Shown here one piece after another: positions 40,978 to 51,934 of a stretch of DNA of 64,000 nt. The stretch comes from Pseudomonadota bacterium. Lineage in GTDB: Bacteria > Pseudomonadota > Gammaproteobacteria > Enterobacterales > Alteromonadaceae. The stretch spans positions 31,910-95,909 of the forward strand of contig JBNJKC010000002.1 in assembly GCA_051750845.1 (NCBI GenBank), in the 5' to 3' direction. The notes under the pieces are model-generated. The model did no database searches, had not been told where the DNA came from, and saw only the letters and a list, made by a program, of their open reading frames with translations. Both the position numbers and the translations under genes were made by a program. The stretch's first letter is position 1; every line of letters starts with the position of its first letter.

Positions 40978-42336
40978 ATGACTGCGACAGCAGATTTGTG
41001 GCCGTTATTTCCTGACCATATAAAGCAGCTTCAAGTCCGTGCGGAGCGACTCTTCAAACGAGAAAACTTAGATTTGTTAGCAATACATTCAGGCCAGCAA
41101 AAGCGCTGGTTTTTGGATGATATGAATTATCCTTTTCGTGCGAATCCTCATTTCAAGGCTTGGTGCCCGGAAACCCAGCTTCCTAATGCCTGGGTCATTC
41201 TAAAACCAGACACTTGCCCGACTCTCGTTTTGCTTAACGCTCCGGACTTTTGGCATACAAATGCAAATTTAGAAAGTGAACCCTGGCTAGAAGAGTTCCA
41301 CGTGGAACACATCAGTTCGCCCGAGGCCATAGAAAAACTCTTACCTTATGATAAGAAAAACGCTGCATACCTGGGTGAGCATATTGAAGTGGCAAAAGCG
41401 CTAGGCTTTGAGAATATCAACCCGGACCCGGTTCTTCATTTCTTTCACTATCATCGCTTGTTTAAAACAGACTATGAAATAGCCTGCTTAGCGCAAGCCA
41501 ACCATATTGCCGCAGAAGGACATATTGCGGCGGCAGAGGCCTTTTTCAAAGGTGACTCCGAGTTTGATTGCTTGTTGAATTATATGGCGGCAACACGGCA
41601 AGGACAGAATGAAGTTCCGTATAATCATATTATTAGCCAAAATAAAAATGCGAGTGTCTTACACCATTGGTTACCAGATAAAAAACCACAAGGGCCATTA
41701 AATTCTATGCTGGTTGATGCTGGCGCGGAGGTTTGCGGTTACGCTGCCGATATTAGCCGGACCTGGTCGGCAGAGCATAATGAATATGAAGAGCTGATAG
41801 CGGCTCTAGACCAAATTACGTTAGCGCTTATTGATAAAATGAAGCCAGGTATGGAGTTTCCTGTATTGCACCAGTTGGCTCACGAGCAAATTGCTAACGT
41901 GCTTTTTGCCTTTGGCTTTGTTAGTTGCAGTCCCGAGCAAATGATTGAAGATGGCATAACGACAGTATTTTTCCCTCATGGTCTGGGCCACCCACTAGGA
42001 CTGCAAGTGCATGACGTTGGTGCTGCTCAGGCTGACGAGCGGGGAACCCCGATACCGTCTCCGGTCGGCCACCTTACATTAAAAACAACCCGTACTGTCG
42101 AGCCGCGCCAGGTGTATACCATTGAACCCGGCATTTACTTTATTGAACCATTACTTCAAAAGCTGGCTAACTCTCGCAATAAGCACGTTGTTAATTGGAA
42201 GAGGGTGGATGAGTTTCGACCATTTGGCGGTGTACGGATTGAAGATAACATTGTTATCTATCGGGAACGAAATGATAACCTTACGCGACAAACGTCTTTG
42301 GATGCTTACGTGAAAAAGGTTACCCGTCTTGCATGA
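40978..42336 (+). CDS. pepQ: Xaa-Pro dipeptidase (prolidase, OPAA-like)
   Basis: VDAGA...ADISRT; HGLGHPLGLQVHD; TIEPGIYF; GGVRIEDN. Confidence 0.95.
   Translation: MTATADLWPLFPDHIKQLQVRAERLFKRENLDLLAIHSGQQKRWFLDDMNYPFRANPHFKAWCPETQLPNAWVILKPDTCPTLVLLNAPDFWHTNANLESEPWLEEFHVEHISSPEAIEKLLPYDKKNAAYLGEHIEVAKALGFENINPDPVLHFFHYHRLFKTDYEIACLAQANHIAAEGHIAAAEAFFKGDSEFDCLLNYMAATRQGQNEVPYNHIISQNKNASVLHHWLPDKKPQGPLNSMLVDAGAEVCGYAADISRTWSAEHNEYEELIAALDQITLALIDKMKPGMEFPVLHQLAHEQIANVLFAFGFVSCSPEQMIEDGITTVFFPHGLGHPLGLQVHDVGAAQADERGTPIPSPVGHLTLKTTRTVEPRQVYTIEPGIYFIEPLLQKLANSRNKHVVNWKRVDEFRPFGGVRIEDNIVIYRERNDNLTRQTSLDAYVKKVTRLA
41294..41309. promoter_or_regulatory. parS: parS centromere site 3 (inside pepQ)
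   Basis: AGTTCCACGTGGAACA, one mismatch from sites 1 and 2. Confidence 0.75.
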
Positions 42337-42946
42337 TCAAGATTACGATATTCCGCTCTCTGAAGCTGAAGTTGAAATAGAGATAAAAGGCAGTCGTTTT
42401 ATCGCCTGCCTTTCGCATACCGATAATGAAGACAGCGCCGCTGAATTTTTAACTGAAGTACAAAAACGGTGGCCAAAAGCTTCGCACTATTGTTCAGCCT
42501 CCGTGTTCTCCGCTCCGAATAATAGCCAACGCCTCGCCTCCAGTGATGACGGCGAGCCTTCGGGAACGGCAGGCCGCCCCATGCTTATGGCGCTGCAAAG
42601 TAGTGGTGTAGGAGAGATTACGGCGATAGTGGTACGCTACTTTGGCGGTGTAAAGTTAGGAACTGGTGGTCTTCAAAGAGCCTATACGGAAGCGACCGTC
42701 ACTGCATTAGCGGAGCTTGAAAAAGAGCGTCGGGTGTTCAAACAAGGGTTTGAGTTACACTTTGCCTATACCGACCAGGGCGATGTAGAGCCTATTTTAT
42801 TTGAAGCCGACGTTGAAATTGCATCGTCGGAATATGGGGAGAGTGTGTTGCTGACCTTGTTATTAAGACCTATAGAGGTAGAGACGCTGCAGAAAAAATT
42901 GCAGGCCGCTACCCGAGGCAGGGTCCAACTAAAGCCTCTGAATTAA
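42329..42946 (+). CDS. yigZ: IMPACT family protein YigZ
   Basis: IKGSRFIA; [15 protein letters not shown]; [15 protein letters not shown]. Confidence 0.95.
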   Translation: MHDQDYDIPLSEAEVEIEIKGSRFIACLSHTDNEDSAAEFLTEVQKRWPKASHYCSASVFSAPNNSQRLASSDDGEPSGTAGRPMLMALQSSGVGEITAIVVRYFGGVKLGTGGLQRAYTEATVTALAELEKERRVFKQGFELHFAYTDQGDVEPILFEADVEIASSEYGESVLLTLLLRPIEVETLQKKLQAATRGRVQLKPLN

Positions 42947-44319
42947 AAGAACATTGCGCTGGGCTGGAAGACTTTCTCAACCTGATCAATATATTTTTTA
43001 TCCAGCAAGAACAGAATAACGTGGTCGTCCGAGTGAATAATGGTTTCGCTGTGTGCCATGAGTACCTCGTGCCCACGAACAACTGCGCCAATCGTGGTGC
43101 CCGGCGGAAGTTTAATGTCTTTAATGGCCTTTCCGACGACTTTAGAGGTGTCTTCATCACCATGTGCAATGGCTTCAATGGCTTCAGCAGCGCCTTTACG
43201 CAGCGAGTAGACGTTCACAATATCACCTCGGCGTACGTGGGTGAGCAAGGCTGAGACCGTAGCGCGTTGCGGTGATATAGCAATATCAATTTCACCGCCC
43301 TGAACCAGGTCAACGTATGCACTGCGTTGAATCAGTACCATGGTCTTGCGGGCACCCATGCGCTTAGCCAGCATAGCCGACATGATGTTTGCTTCGTCGT
43401 CGTTGGTTACCGCAATGAAAACATCGATATCTTCAACGTGCTCTTCTTCCAGCAGTTTTTGATCGGAGGCGTCTCCGCGGAAAATCAATGTGTGCTCAAG
43501 TCTTTGTGACAACTCTTCTGCGCGCGCTTCAGAGCGTTCTATCAGTTTGACCCTGTGGTCAACTTCCAGCTGCTTAGCCAGCCCCGCGCCAATGTTGCCG
43601 CCACCGACAATCATGATGCGTCGGTATTTGTCTTCAAGCTTCTGCAGCTCCTGCATTACTGTGCTGATATGACGTGTATCTGCGATAAAGAATACTTCGT
43701 CATCGGCTTCAATAATGGTGGTTCCTGTAGGGCGGATAGGCTTGCCCTGACGATAAATGGCCGCGACTCGAGTGTCGATATTGGGAATGTGCTCCCGCAG
43801 GGTAGAAATTGCGTGCCCAACGAGCTTGCCGCCATAGTATGCCCGGACCGCAACCAAACTAGCGCGACCGTTAGCAAACTCCATAACCTGCAAAGCGCCG
43901 GGGTAATCAATCAACCGTCTGATGTAGTTAGTAACCAACTGCTCCGGAGAAATAATGTGATCGACCGGCGCGTCCTGGTTATGAAATAGCTGATCTTTAT
44001 AACGGATATACTCTTCAGAACGGATTCGGGCTATCTTTTTCGGTGTATTAAAAATGGAATAAGCGACCTGGCAGGCAATCATATTGGTTTCATCGCTACT
44101 GGTTACGGCTATCAGCAAATCTGCGTCGTCTGCACCTGCTTTGCGCAATACGTCCGGATGAGCGCCATTTCCGACGACAACGCGCAAGTCATACTTGTCC
44201 TGTAAGTCGTCGAGTAAGTCGTTATTGGTATCAACAATGGTGATGTCGTTACGCTCACCAACCAGGTTTTCTGCCAATGTGCCGCCGACCTGGCCAACAC
44301 CGAGTATGATTATTTTCAT
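42943..44319 (-). CDS. trkA: Trk system K+ uptake NAD-binding subunit
   Basis: Two RCK N/C pairs; ILGVGQVG and IVGGGNIG. Confidence 0.97.
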   Translation of the reverse strand: MKIIILGVGQVGGTLAENLVGERNDITIVDTNNDLLDDLQDKYDLRVVVGNGAHPDVLRKAGADDADLLIAVTSSDETNMIACQVAYSIFNTPKKIARIRSEEYIRYKDQLFHNQDAPVDHIISPEQLVTNYIRRLIDYPGALQVMEFANGRASLVAVRAYYGGKLVGHAISTLREHIPNIDTRVAAIYRQGKPIRPTGTTIIEADDEVFFIADTRHISTVMQELQKLEDKYRRIMIVGGGNIGAGLAKQLEVDHRVKLIERSEARAEELSQRLEHTLIFRGDASDQKLLEEEHVEDIDVFIAVTNDDEANIMSAMLAKRMGARKTMVLIQRSAYVDLVQGGEIDIAISPQRATVSALLTHVRRGDIVNVYSLRKGAAEAIEAIAHGDEDTSKVVGKAIKDIKLPPGTTIGAVVRGHEVLMAHSETIIHSDDHVILFLLDKKYIDQVEKVFQPSAMFF

Positions 44320-45644
44320 TGGGCTTTCTTCAGTCTCGCGTAAAAGAAACCATCCCCGCCATATTCACCGGGAAGCAATTGCAGTGTCTCATGCTCTGCA
44401 GTTATAGGTATCAGACTAGCACCAGATTGCTGCTGTAGAAAAGACTCAATTTGAGTTTGGTTTTCCTGACGCAGAATAGAGCAGGTTGCATACAATAGCT
44501 CACCGCCTGGCTTAAGTAGTGGCCACAGCGAACTGAGTATCTGCTTCTGTAAATTTGCCAGCTCGTTGATGTCCTCAGCACGGCGTAACCATTTAATGTC
44601 CGGATGCCGGCGTATCACGCCTGTGGCAGAGCAGGGTGCATCCAGCAGTATGCGGTCGAACTGCTCGCCGTCCCACCAGTCATCGGTCGTGGCGACGTCT
44701 GCACAGTGAACAACGGCGCTTAAACCAGCACGCTCGAGATTTTCATCTACTCGCTCAAGCCGTTTGGCGTCGATATCAATAGCATGAACCGGTTGCTCAA
44801 AGCTGTGTCGTTCTAATAAATGCAATAACTTACCGCCGGGTGCGGCGCAGCAGTCGAGTACACGATGCGTAGCGTTTACATTTAAAAAGTCTGCTGCCAG
44901 CTGTGCGGATCTGTCCTGAACAGACACATGGCCCCGGGCAAAGCCTGGGAGCTTCTCTACCGGGCAGGGAGAATGCAATTGAATTGCATTGCTTGCGCTG
45001 GCATCAGCCTTTGCTGCAATGCCGCTATCCTGAAGCTGCCGTAAATAGTCATCGCGAGTCGAAAATCGTTGGTTCACACGCAACCACATAGGCGGGTGAG
45101 TATTGTTTTCCGTCAAAATGTTATCTGCATGCTCGGGGTGGTCAGTGTTAATGGCATCAAATAACCAGCGCGGATGATTCTGCATTGAGTCACTGGGTAG
45201 CTCGCGTTGGTGTGAGTCATCGGCTGAGGGAGCTTCGCGCAATAACTGACGTAGTATACCGTTAACTAAGCCTTTATGATTTCGCTTGCCGAGTATACGA
45301 GCGGCTTCTACGGTTGCACTTACGGCTGCGTGATCTTTTATGCGCTGGCAATACAGCTGATAAGCACCAACCAGTAACAAGTAATGCAGTATTTTTAACT
45401 TACCTTTGAGAGGTTTATCCAATTTTGCGCCAACCAAACGATTAAGGCTGGGCAGAACACGCAAAACACCGTAGCTAATAGCACTGGCAAGACGTTTATC
45501 GGCATCGGGTAATTTGCTGGTTGCATAAGGCAGAGCCGCTGAAAGTGATTCGCCTTTCTCTAAAACCTGAAATAGTGCGCTCGCAGCCGCAGCCCGGCTT
45601 TGTGCACCATGACCGCTGCCTTCTGATTTCTTCTGCTGACTCAT
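44316..45644 (-). CDS. rsmB: 16S rRNA m5C967 methyltransferase
   Basis: NusB-like N-terminal domain; DCCAAPGGK; [16 protein letters not shown]; YATCS. Confidence 0.97.
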   Translation of the reverse strand: MSQQKKSEGSGHGAQSRAAAASALFQVLEKGESLSAALPYATSKLPDADKRLASAISYGVLRVLPSLNRLVGAKLDKPLKGKLKILHYLLLVGAYQLYCQRIKDHAAVSATVEAARILGKRNHKGLVNGILRQLLREAPSADDSHQRELPSDSMQNHPRWLFDAINTDHPEHADNILTENNTHPPMWLRVNQRFSTRDDYLRQLQDSGIAAKADASASNAIQLHSPCPVEKLPGFARGHVSVQDRSAQLAADFLNVNATHRVLDCCAAPGGKLLHLLERHSFEQPVHAIDIDAKRLERVDENLERAGLSAVVHCADVATTDDWWDGEQFDRILLDAPCSATGVIRRHPDIKWLRRAEDINELANLQKQILSSLWPLLKPGGELLYATCSILRQENQTQIESFLQQQSGASLIPITAEHETLQLLPGEYGGDGFFYARLKKAQ

Positions 45645-46591
45645 TGTAATTCCAGTCCCGGGCTAAATACGTTGCTGTAGCCGTTAACCAGCGTACTGGC
45701 AGGCTGCACTTTTTTGCCCGGCATTTGTGCCTGGGTAATACGCAAAATACCGTCGCCAGTGACAATGTCTATGCCTTCGTGCGTGCTATTAATAATAGTT
45801 CCGGGCCTTTTGTTGCTGGCACCCTGAACTAATTCAGCGGCATGAATTTTAATCGTATTCTGTTGAGCCTTTAAATTGTCTGACTGACACCAGCTCATGG
45901 GCCAGGGGTTGAATGCCCGTACGCAGCGTTCAATAAATGCCGCCGGTTGCGTCCAGTCTATTTTGCCTTCCTGTTTTGTCAGTTTTTTTGCATAGGTTGC
46001 TTCGCTGTCGCTTTGCGGTTTGGCCTGGCGCTGATAGCTTTCAAGGTCCGCTAATACTGTGATTAACGCTTTTGGACCAAGGCTTTCAAGTTTATGGTAA
46101 AGCGAAGCGGAGGTCTCTTGCCGGCTAATAGCGCATCGTTCTTCATGCAGTACCGGGCCTGTATCCAGACCGGCTTCCATCTGCATAATGCAAACGCCTG
46201 ACTCTGAATCTCCAGCCCAAATGGCACGTTGAATAGGAGCTGCACCTCGCCATCTAGGCAATAAAGAGCCATGGACATTCAGACAACCTTTGGCTGGAAT
46301 ATCCAACACGGCTTGCGGCAGTAATAAACCATAAGCAACAACTACCATTACGTCGGGTTTAAGCTCAGCTAAAGTCGACTGAGCCTCGTCCGATTTTAAC
46401 GACTCTGGCTGGTAAACGGGTAACTGGTGTTCAACAGCAAGTTTCTTAACGGCGCTCGGTTGCGGCTTCTTGCCGCGTCCGGCAGGGCGGTCGGGTTGGG
46501 TGTAAACACCGACTACCTGATGAGATCCATCAAGCAATTGCTGTAAGTGTTGTGCGGCAAAGTCGGGAGTGCCTGCAAAGACTATCCGCAT
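45641..46591 (-). CDS. fmt: Methionyl-tRNA formyltransferase
   Basis: FAGTPDFA; TQPDRPAGRG; NVHGSLLPRWRGAAPI. Confidence 0.98.
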   Translation of the reverse strand: MRIVFAGTPDFAAQHLQQLLDGSHQVVGVYTQPDRPAGRGKKPQPSAVKKLAVEHQLPVYQPESLKSDEAQSTLAELKPDVMVVVAYGLLLPQAVLDIPAKGCLNVHGSLLPRWRGAAPIQRAIWAGDSESGVCIMQMEAGLDTGPVLHEERCAISRQETSASLYHKLESLGPKALITVLADLESYQRQAKPQSDSEATYAKKLTKQEGKIDWTQPAAFIERCVRAFNPWPMSWCQSDNLKAQQNTIKIHAAELVQGASNKRPGTIINSTHEGIDIVTGDGILRITQAQMPGKKVQPASTLVNGYSNVFSPGLELQ

Positions 46592-47115
46592 TACTGTGCT
46601 TCCGCCGCATACTTTTCAGCCAGGCGCTGCTCTTTCTCTAATTTTTTACGAATACGCTCGCGTTTCAGTGGCGATAAATAATCGACAAAGAGCTTGCCCT
46701 CTAAGTGATCAATTTCGTGCTGAATACAAATAGCCAAAAGGCCTTCTGCCGAGCGACTGAAACGCTCACCGTTTTTATCTAAAGCCGTAACCGTGATTTT
46801 TTCAGCACGTTCTACTTTTGCATAAACACCGGGAAAAGACAGGCAACCCTCGTCATTTTTGAAATGACCTTCGGCTTCGGTAATCTCCGGGTTAATAAAC
46901 ACCAGCGGTTCGTTCTGATCTTCGCTGCAGTCAGCAACAAACAAACGCTTGTGCACATCCACCTGAGTTGCAGCAAGACCAACACCTTGCTCTTCATACA
47001 TGGTTTCGAACATATCATCGATAACTGAGCGGATGCTGTCATCCACTTTCTCGATCGGCTGTGCGACTTTGCGTAACCGTTCGTCTGGATATTTCAGAAC
47101 CGTCATTTTTGCCAT
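46591..47115 (-). CDS. def: Peptide deformylase
   Basis: [22 protein letters not shown]. Start placed at ATG 47115. Confidence 0.98.
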   Translation of the reverse strand: MAKMTVLKYPDERLRKVAQPIEKVDDSIRSVIDDMFETMYEEQGVGLAATQVDVHKRLFVADCSEDQNEPLVFINPEITEAEGHFKNDEGCLSFPGVYAKVERAEKITVTALDKNGERFSRSAEGLLAICIQHEIDHLEGKLFVDYLSPLKRERIRKKLEKEQRLAEKYAAEAQ

Positions 47116-47177
47116 TAGAACCTCCAAATCTTCATCTACCCTTAGTTTACCTTAAATTGGTAGGTCAAGGACAGTCT

Positions 47178-48215
47178 GTGAACACACAGGAATTATGTGT
47201 ATTAATGGGGATGACACGCGCATCAAACAAGGTACAGAAAGCGGCGCGACAATGTGATAGTTGGCAAATGTTGTTTGAGCGATGGGGGCAATCGCTAAAA
47301 CCGGTAGACTCGCGGTGGCTGAAAGCCGCTGAGAACTGGTGTTTAAGTGATTATCAGGGCGTTATATCGTACTTCAGTGATGATTACCCGGCATCGTTAA
47401 AAGCGATAAGCAATCCACCCTGGTTACTCTACTACAGAGGTCGGAAAGAGTTGCTTCAAGGGGGCTGTGTGGCGGTTGTTGGCAGCCGAAAAGCGAGCCA
47501 TAGCGGTCTGCAGGTTGCTGACTGGATCAGTGAAAAACTGGTTGCGTCGGGTATTGTCGTGGTGAGTGGCCTGGCAATGGGAATTGATGCGCAGGCGCAC
47601 AAAACTGCCGCAGACAAAGGAAAAACCATCGCCGTTTTAGGAACCGGAATCGATCAGTATTACCCCAGACGAAACAAAGCCTTGCAGGATTTCATTGCCC
47701 ATCAGGGTTTGTTGATTTCAGAGTTTCCGCCCGGACAAACCGCGAGGACAGATCATTTTCCCCGCCGTAACCGTATTATTAGTGGTATTAGTCAGGCGGT
47801 TGTTGTAGTTGAAGCTGCACGTAAAAGTGGTTCGCTCTCAACGGCAATACACGCGTTGAATGAGGGGCGTGAAGTCGGTGCTGTTCCCGGGTCGGTTTTG
47901 TTGCCGGAGCATCAGGGGTGTCATTGGCTGATACAACAGGGGGCTAAGCTAATCAACACACCACAGGATATTGTTGAGTGGTTTTCTATTAACCCGGCTC
48001 AAACCACGGTGTCAGAAGAGCGACAATATCTTGATGAAAGCTTGGCAAACAACCGATTGTTCGCTAGTCTGAGTTCAGAGCCACGAACAATTGATGACAT
48101 GGTACAATTGTCCGGACTCGAGGTTGCTGAAGTCATGGAGAAGATAGTGTTACTCGAATTAGAAGGGCTAGTGGCAGCCGTACCAGGCGGTTATATCAAA
48201 GTGGGGAGGCGCTAA
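47178..48215 (+). CDS. dprA: DNA-processing protein DprA/Smf
   Basis: AVVGSRKAS; VSGLAMGID; FPRRNRIISG; SGSLSTA; C-terminal winged helix. Start placed at GTG 47178, behind AAGGA. Confidence 0.93.
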   Translation: MNTQELCVLMGMTRASNKVQKAARQCDSWQMLFERWGQSLKPVDSRWLKAAENWCLSDYQGVISYFSDDYPASLKAISNPPWLLYYRGRKELLQGGCVAVVGSRKASHSGLQVADWISEKLVASGIVVVSGLAMGIDAQAHKTAADKGKTIAVLGTGIDQYYPRRNKALQDFIAHQGLLISEFPPGQTARTDHFPRRNRIISGISQAVVVVEAARKSGSLSTAIHALNEGREVGAVPGSVLLPEHQGCHWLIQQGAKLINTPQDIVEWFSINPAQTTVSEERQYLDESLANNRLFASLSSEPRTIDDMVQLSGLEVAEVMEKIVLLELEGLVAAVPGGYIKVGRR

Positions 48216-48218
48216 AGT

Positions 48219-48692
48219 ATGTTTGATATCCTCATGTACTTGTTTGAAAACTACATTCATTCCGAAATGGAAGTTGTGGTTGATCACGATGAGTTAACCA
48301 ATGAACTTACCCGGGCTGGTTTCCGTCATCAGGAAATCCAGAAGGCTTTGGCGTGGTTAGAGCGCTTGGCCGATTTACAAGAAATGGAAACCAAGTCTTA
48401 TCTGGATGTTGCCCCGCAGCAGTCTACCCGTATTTATACGGCGGCAGAGATGACTCGTTTAGACAGTCAGAGTCGTGGCTTCCTAATGTATTTAGAAAAT
48501 TTAGGTGTGTTAGATTTCGCTACCCGCGAAGTGGTTATTGATCGCGTAATGGAACTGGAAACAGCGAACTTTACTCTGGATGACCTTAAATGGGTTGTAC
48601 TGATGGTTCTGTTTAATGTTCCCGGTCAGGAAGCCGCCTACGACCAGATGGAAGGTTTGTTGTTTGAAGAAGCTGAAGGGCCCTTGCATTAA
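48219..48692 (+). CDS. smg: Smg / DUF494 family protein
   Basis: [12 protein letters not shown]; [11 protein letters not shown]. Confidence 0.95.
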   Translation: MFDILMYLFENYIHSEMEVVVDHDELTNELTRAGFRHQEIQKALAWLERLADLQEMETKSYLDVAPQQSTRIYTAAEMTRLDSQSRGFLMYLENLGVLDFATREVVIDRVMELETANFTLDDLKWVVLMVLFNVPGQEAAYDQMEGLLFEEAEGPLH

Positions 48693-49204
48693 TGTCATCA
48701 GATGAGCGCTGCCCGCGTTGTGAGCGACCTCTGGTCATTAAACATGTCGGACATAACAGCTTTTTAGGCTGTACCGGGTATCCCGACTGCGACTATAAAC
48801 GAGGTCTTCGTGAACAATCTGAAATTGAACCCGAGGACCTTGGTGTTGCTTGCCCGGAGTGTGGTAAAGAGCTGCAATTAAAAAGTGGCCGCTATGGTTT
48901 ATTTGTTGGTTGTAGCGGGTTTCCTGACTGTGAGTTTGTGACCGAGCCCAATGCTGACGAAGAGAATGCTATTACTTGCCCGGAATGTGGTAGTGGTCAG
49001 CTTCATCAAAAAACATCACGACGCGGTACCGTATTCTACGCCTGCGATCAGTATCCCAAATGCCAGTTTACGGTTAATCAACCACCGGTTGATGAAGCCT
49101 GCCCTAAATGCCAGTATCCGCTGCTGGTGAAAAAGAAGTCCGCTGCCGGAATTCGGAAAGTCTGCCCGCAAAAGCAATGCGACTATAAGTCGGACGCGCT
49201 ATAA
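48692..49204 (+). CDS. yrdD: Topoisomerase C4 zinc-finger domain protein (YrdD-like)
   Basis: Repeated CPxC...FxGCxGYPxC modules, between smg and tsaC. Confidence 0.85.
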   Translation: MSSDERCPRCERPLVIKHVGHNSFLGCTGYPDCDYKRGLREQSEIEPEDLGVACPECGKELQLKSGRYGLFVGCSGFPDCEFVTEPNADEENAITCPECGSGQLHQKTSRRGTVFYACDQYPKCQFTVNQPPVDEACPKCQYPLLVKKKSAAGIRKVCPQKQCDYKSDAL

Positions 49205-49231
49205 TCTGACTCCTTAAGAGGAGGATATAAT

Positions 49232-49792
49232 ATGGCAGATAAGTGGGAAGCAGCGCATAACGCAGTAAAAACAGGTGTTATTGCCTACCCGACAGAAGCA
49301 GTATTCGGACTGGGCTGTGACCCAACCAATGAAGTTGCTATTCAAAAATTGCTAAGCCTGAAACAGCGGCCTGCTGAAAAAGGGCTCATTTTAATAGCTG
49401 CCGACTACAGCCAATTACTTCCTTTTGTTGAAGACTCTGCTATTCCGCAGGACAAACGTTTCAGTGTTTTGTCTCATTGGCCGGGTCCTGTCACCTTAAT
49501 TCTGCCGGTAAGAAAAAATGTATCACCATTATTAACTGGCGGCAGAGACACGATAGCCGTGCGGGTGAGCGCGCATGAGCCTGTCAGAGAGCTATGCCGT
49601 GCACTGGGTCATGCTTTGGTATCCACCAGTGCGAACTTAACTGGCCAGGAGCCGGCAAGAACGGCAGCCGAAGTGCGCCTGCAATTTGGTGACAGTGTAG
49701 ACTGGATCATGGACGAAGCGACTGGCGGAGCCGCTAATCCAACTCGTATCATTAATCCATTTAATAATCAGGTTGTCAGAGACGATGCATAG
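49232..49792 (+). CDS. tsaC: L-threonylcarbamoyladenylate synthase
   Basis: [15 protein letters not shown]; [11 protein letters not shown]; STSAN. Confidence 0.96.
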   Translation: MADKWEAAHNAVKTGVIAYPTEAVFGLGCDPTNEVAIQKLLSLKQRPAEKGLILIAADYSQLLPFVEDSAIPQDKRFSVLSHWPGPVTLILPVRKNVSPLLTGGRDTIAVRVSAHEPVRELCRALGHALVSTSANLTGQEPARTAAEVRLQFGDSVDWIMDEATGGAANPTRIINPFNNQVVRDDA

Positions 49793-50699
49793 TGATTATT
49801 TAAAGCCGGTAAAAAGTTACCTGATGTCGTTGCAGGACGCTATTTGTGAACAGTTAGCGCAAGCCGATGGTCAGCAAAGCTTTCATGAAGACAGCTGGGA
49901 TCGCCCCGGTGGCGGAGGCGGTCGTTCCAGAATCATTAAAAACGGCGAGGTTTTTGAGCAGGGCGGTGTTGGCTTTTCGCACGTTTACGGTGAGAAAATG
50001 CCTGCGTCGGCCACGGCGCACCGTCCCGAGCTGGAAGGCCGAGACTTCAATGCCTGCGGTGTTTCTCTGGTAATGCACCCCAAAAACCCCATGGTGCCTA
50101 CGGTACATATGAATGTGCGGTTTTTCATAGCGCAAAAAGAAGGCGAAGAACCGGTCTGGTGGTTTGGCGGCGGTTTTGATTTAACACCGTTTTATCCATT
50201 CGAAGAAGACATTGTCGAATGGCACCAACAGGCAAAAGACGCCCTGGACAGCATTGATGAAAAGCTTTATCCGGAATATAAAGCCTGGTGTGACGATTAC
50301 TTCTATCTTAAACATCGTGATGAAGCCCGCGGCGTGGGCGGCATTTTCTTTGACGACCTTAATGACCGCTCTTTTGAGGAGTGCTTTGCTGTGATAAAAG
50401 CGGTGGGTGATGCGTTTACCAAAGCTTACTTACCTATTGTTGAGCGTCGCAAAAGCCTGACATACACACAGCAGCAGAGAGATTTCCAGCTCTATCGCCG
50501 TGGGCGCTATGTTGAGTTTAACCTTGTCTGGGATCGCGGAACCTTATTCGGGCTGCAAACGGGTGGCAGAACCGAGTCTATTTTGATGTCAATGCCACCG
50601 CTGGCTCGTTGGGAATACGACTGGCATCCGGAACCGGACTCGGCCGAGGAAAAACTCACCAGCTACTATCTGAAACCACGAAACTGGTTAGCCCTATGA
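49785..50699 (+). CDS. hemF: Oxygen-dependent coproporphyrinogen III oxidase
   Basis: GGGGGRSR; [11 protein letters not shown]; [21 protein letters not shown]. Start placed at ATG 49785. Confidence 0.97.
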   Translation: MHSDYLKPVKSYLMSLQDAICEQLAQADGQQSFHEDSWDRPGGGGGRSRIIKNGEVFEQGGVGFSHVYGEKMPASATAHRPELEGRDFNACGVSLVMHPKNPMVPTVHMNVRFFIAQKEGEEPVWWFGGGFDLTPFYPFEEDIVEWHQQAKDALDSIDEKLYPEYKAWCDDYFYLKHRDEARGVGGIFFDDLNDRSFEECFAVIKAVGDAFTKAYLPIVERRKSLTYTQQQRDFQLYRRGRYVEFNLVWDRGTLFGLQTGGRTESILMSMPPLARWEYDWHPEPDSAEEKLTSYYLKPRNWLAL

Positions 50700-51535
50700 A
50701 GCCTGTTATTCACCTGGGGGTCTTTGGAAACCCAATTGAGCACAGCTTGTCTCCGCGTATTCACTCGTTGTTCGCGAAAGCACAACAGCATCCGGTTGAA
50801 TATCGTCGTTACTTGTCGACCCCCGGGCAATTTTCCCGAAGTATCGCCAGGTTCTTTTGCAGTGGGGGGAAGGGGTTGAATGTTACTCTACCTTTTAAGC
50901 AGCAGGCTGCGGAATTAGCAACCCAACTAACCGAGCGAGCGCAAGAGGCCGGTGCGGTCAACACCTTGGTTGCTATGGGGAATGGTCAATTGTTGGGTGA
51001 CAATACCGATGGAGAAGGTTTAATTAAAGACTTAGGCAAAAGAGGATTTGTCGTAAGTGAGCGCTCACTTGTTGTTTTCGGTTCGGGAGGCTCAGCCCGA
51101 GGAATACTGCCTTTATTATTACAGCAACAGCCTCGCCGTATTTACTTAGTAAACCGGACTGTCGATAAAGCACTGATGCTGAAGTCGCAACTGGAAGCTC
51201 TGGGCGTGTTAGCTGCTGACCGTATTCAGGTGCTTTCGTCGGCTTCGGAAATTAATGAACCGATTGACCTGATGATTAATGCCACCAGCAGTAGTTTAAT
51301 GGGACAGCGTTTAGCTTTGCCACCCCAACTTGCTGAAGGAGCGTCAGGCTATGACTTAATGTACTCTGATGAACCCACTTTATTTATGCAGCAGCTGAGT
51401 CAGGCGGGCTGTGAAAATGTTAGCGATGGACTGGGTATGTTGGTGGAACAGGCGGCTTCTTCTTATCAACTCTGGATGGGTGGCGAACGCCCCGATACCG
51501 CATTTGTTATGGCGCAATTGCGAGGGCGTAGCTAG
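50696..51535 (+). CDS. aroE: Shikimate dehydrogenase
   Basis: [10 protein letters not shown]; NVTLPFK; GAVNT; GDNTDG. Start placed at ATG 50696 (ATGA overlap with the hemF stop). Confidence 0.96.
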   Translation: MKPVIHLGVFGNPIEHSLSPRIHSLFAKAQQHPVEYRRYLSTPGQFSRSIARFFCSGGKGLNVTLPFKQQAAELATQLTERAQEAGAVNTLVAMGNGQLLGDNTDGEGLIKDLGKRGFVVSERSLVVFGSGGSARGILPLLLQQQPRRIYLVNRTVDKALMLKSQLEALGVLAADRIQVLSSASEINEPIDLMINATSSSLMGQRLALPPQLAEGASGYDLMYSDEPTLFMQQLSQAGCENVSDGLGMLVEQAASSYQLWMGGERPDTAFVMAQLRGRS

Positions 51536-51845
51536 TTGATTAAAAAAGGTTTTCCTTTGCTTTTTATAAGTAAAGAGAAATGAGGAACAAAAGGTTATAA
51601 AAAAACAGAATTTGGCAGTAGATCATTACTGATTTTGTGGTAATCTGTTTGACCTGTTTGCGATGTACTTCCTTCCATTTCAAGGCGTAAACAGAATAGT
51701 TTCCACAGTGAAGCATAATAATAAAAAGTACTAGGCATTTAGGGATGCCTGCCGTTTTAAATCCCACACTATCAATAACTTAAGTAAACTTTGGACACGG
51801 GGAAATTTTAATTTCCGGCTGTGGAACCGGTCGTTGTTAACAGAC

Positions 51846-51865
51846 TTATTAACAGGTTATACACA
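51846..51865. promoter_or_regulatory. DnaA-box-like sites upstream of polA
   Basis: TTATACACA (51857-51865) preceded by the weaker TTATTAACA (51846-51854). Confidence 0.45.
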
Positions 51866-51934
51866 CTCTGCTCAGTGGTCTGAATTACCGTTCTGTGGCA
51901 TCCTATAGGTAACGCTTAATTTAGGTTTTTAACT

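Noticed and set aside
51564-51767. 67-aa minus-strand ORF in the aroE-polA gap
   Set aside because: GTG start without RBS and no recognisable motifs; more likely a by-product of AT-rich intergenic DNA.
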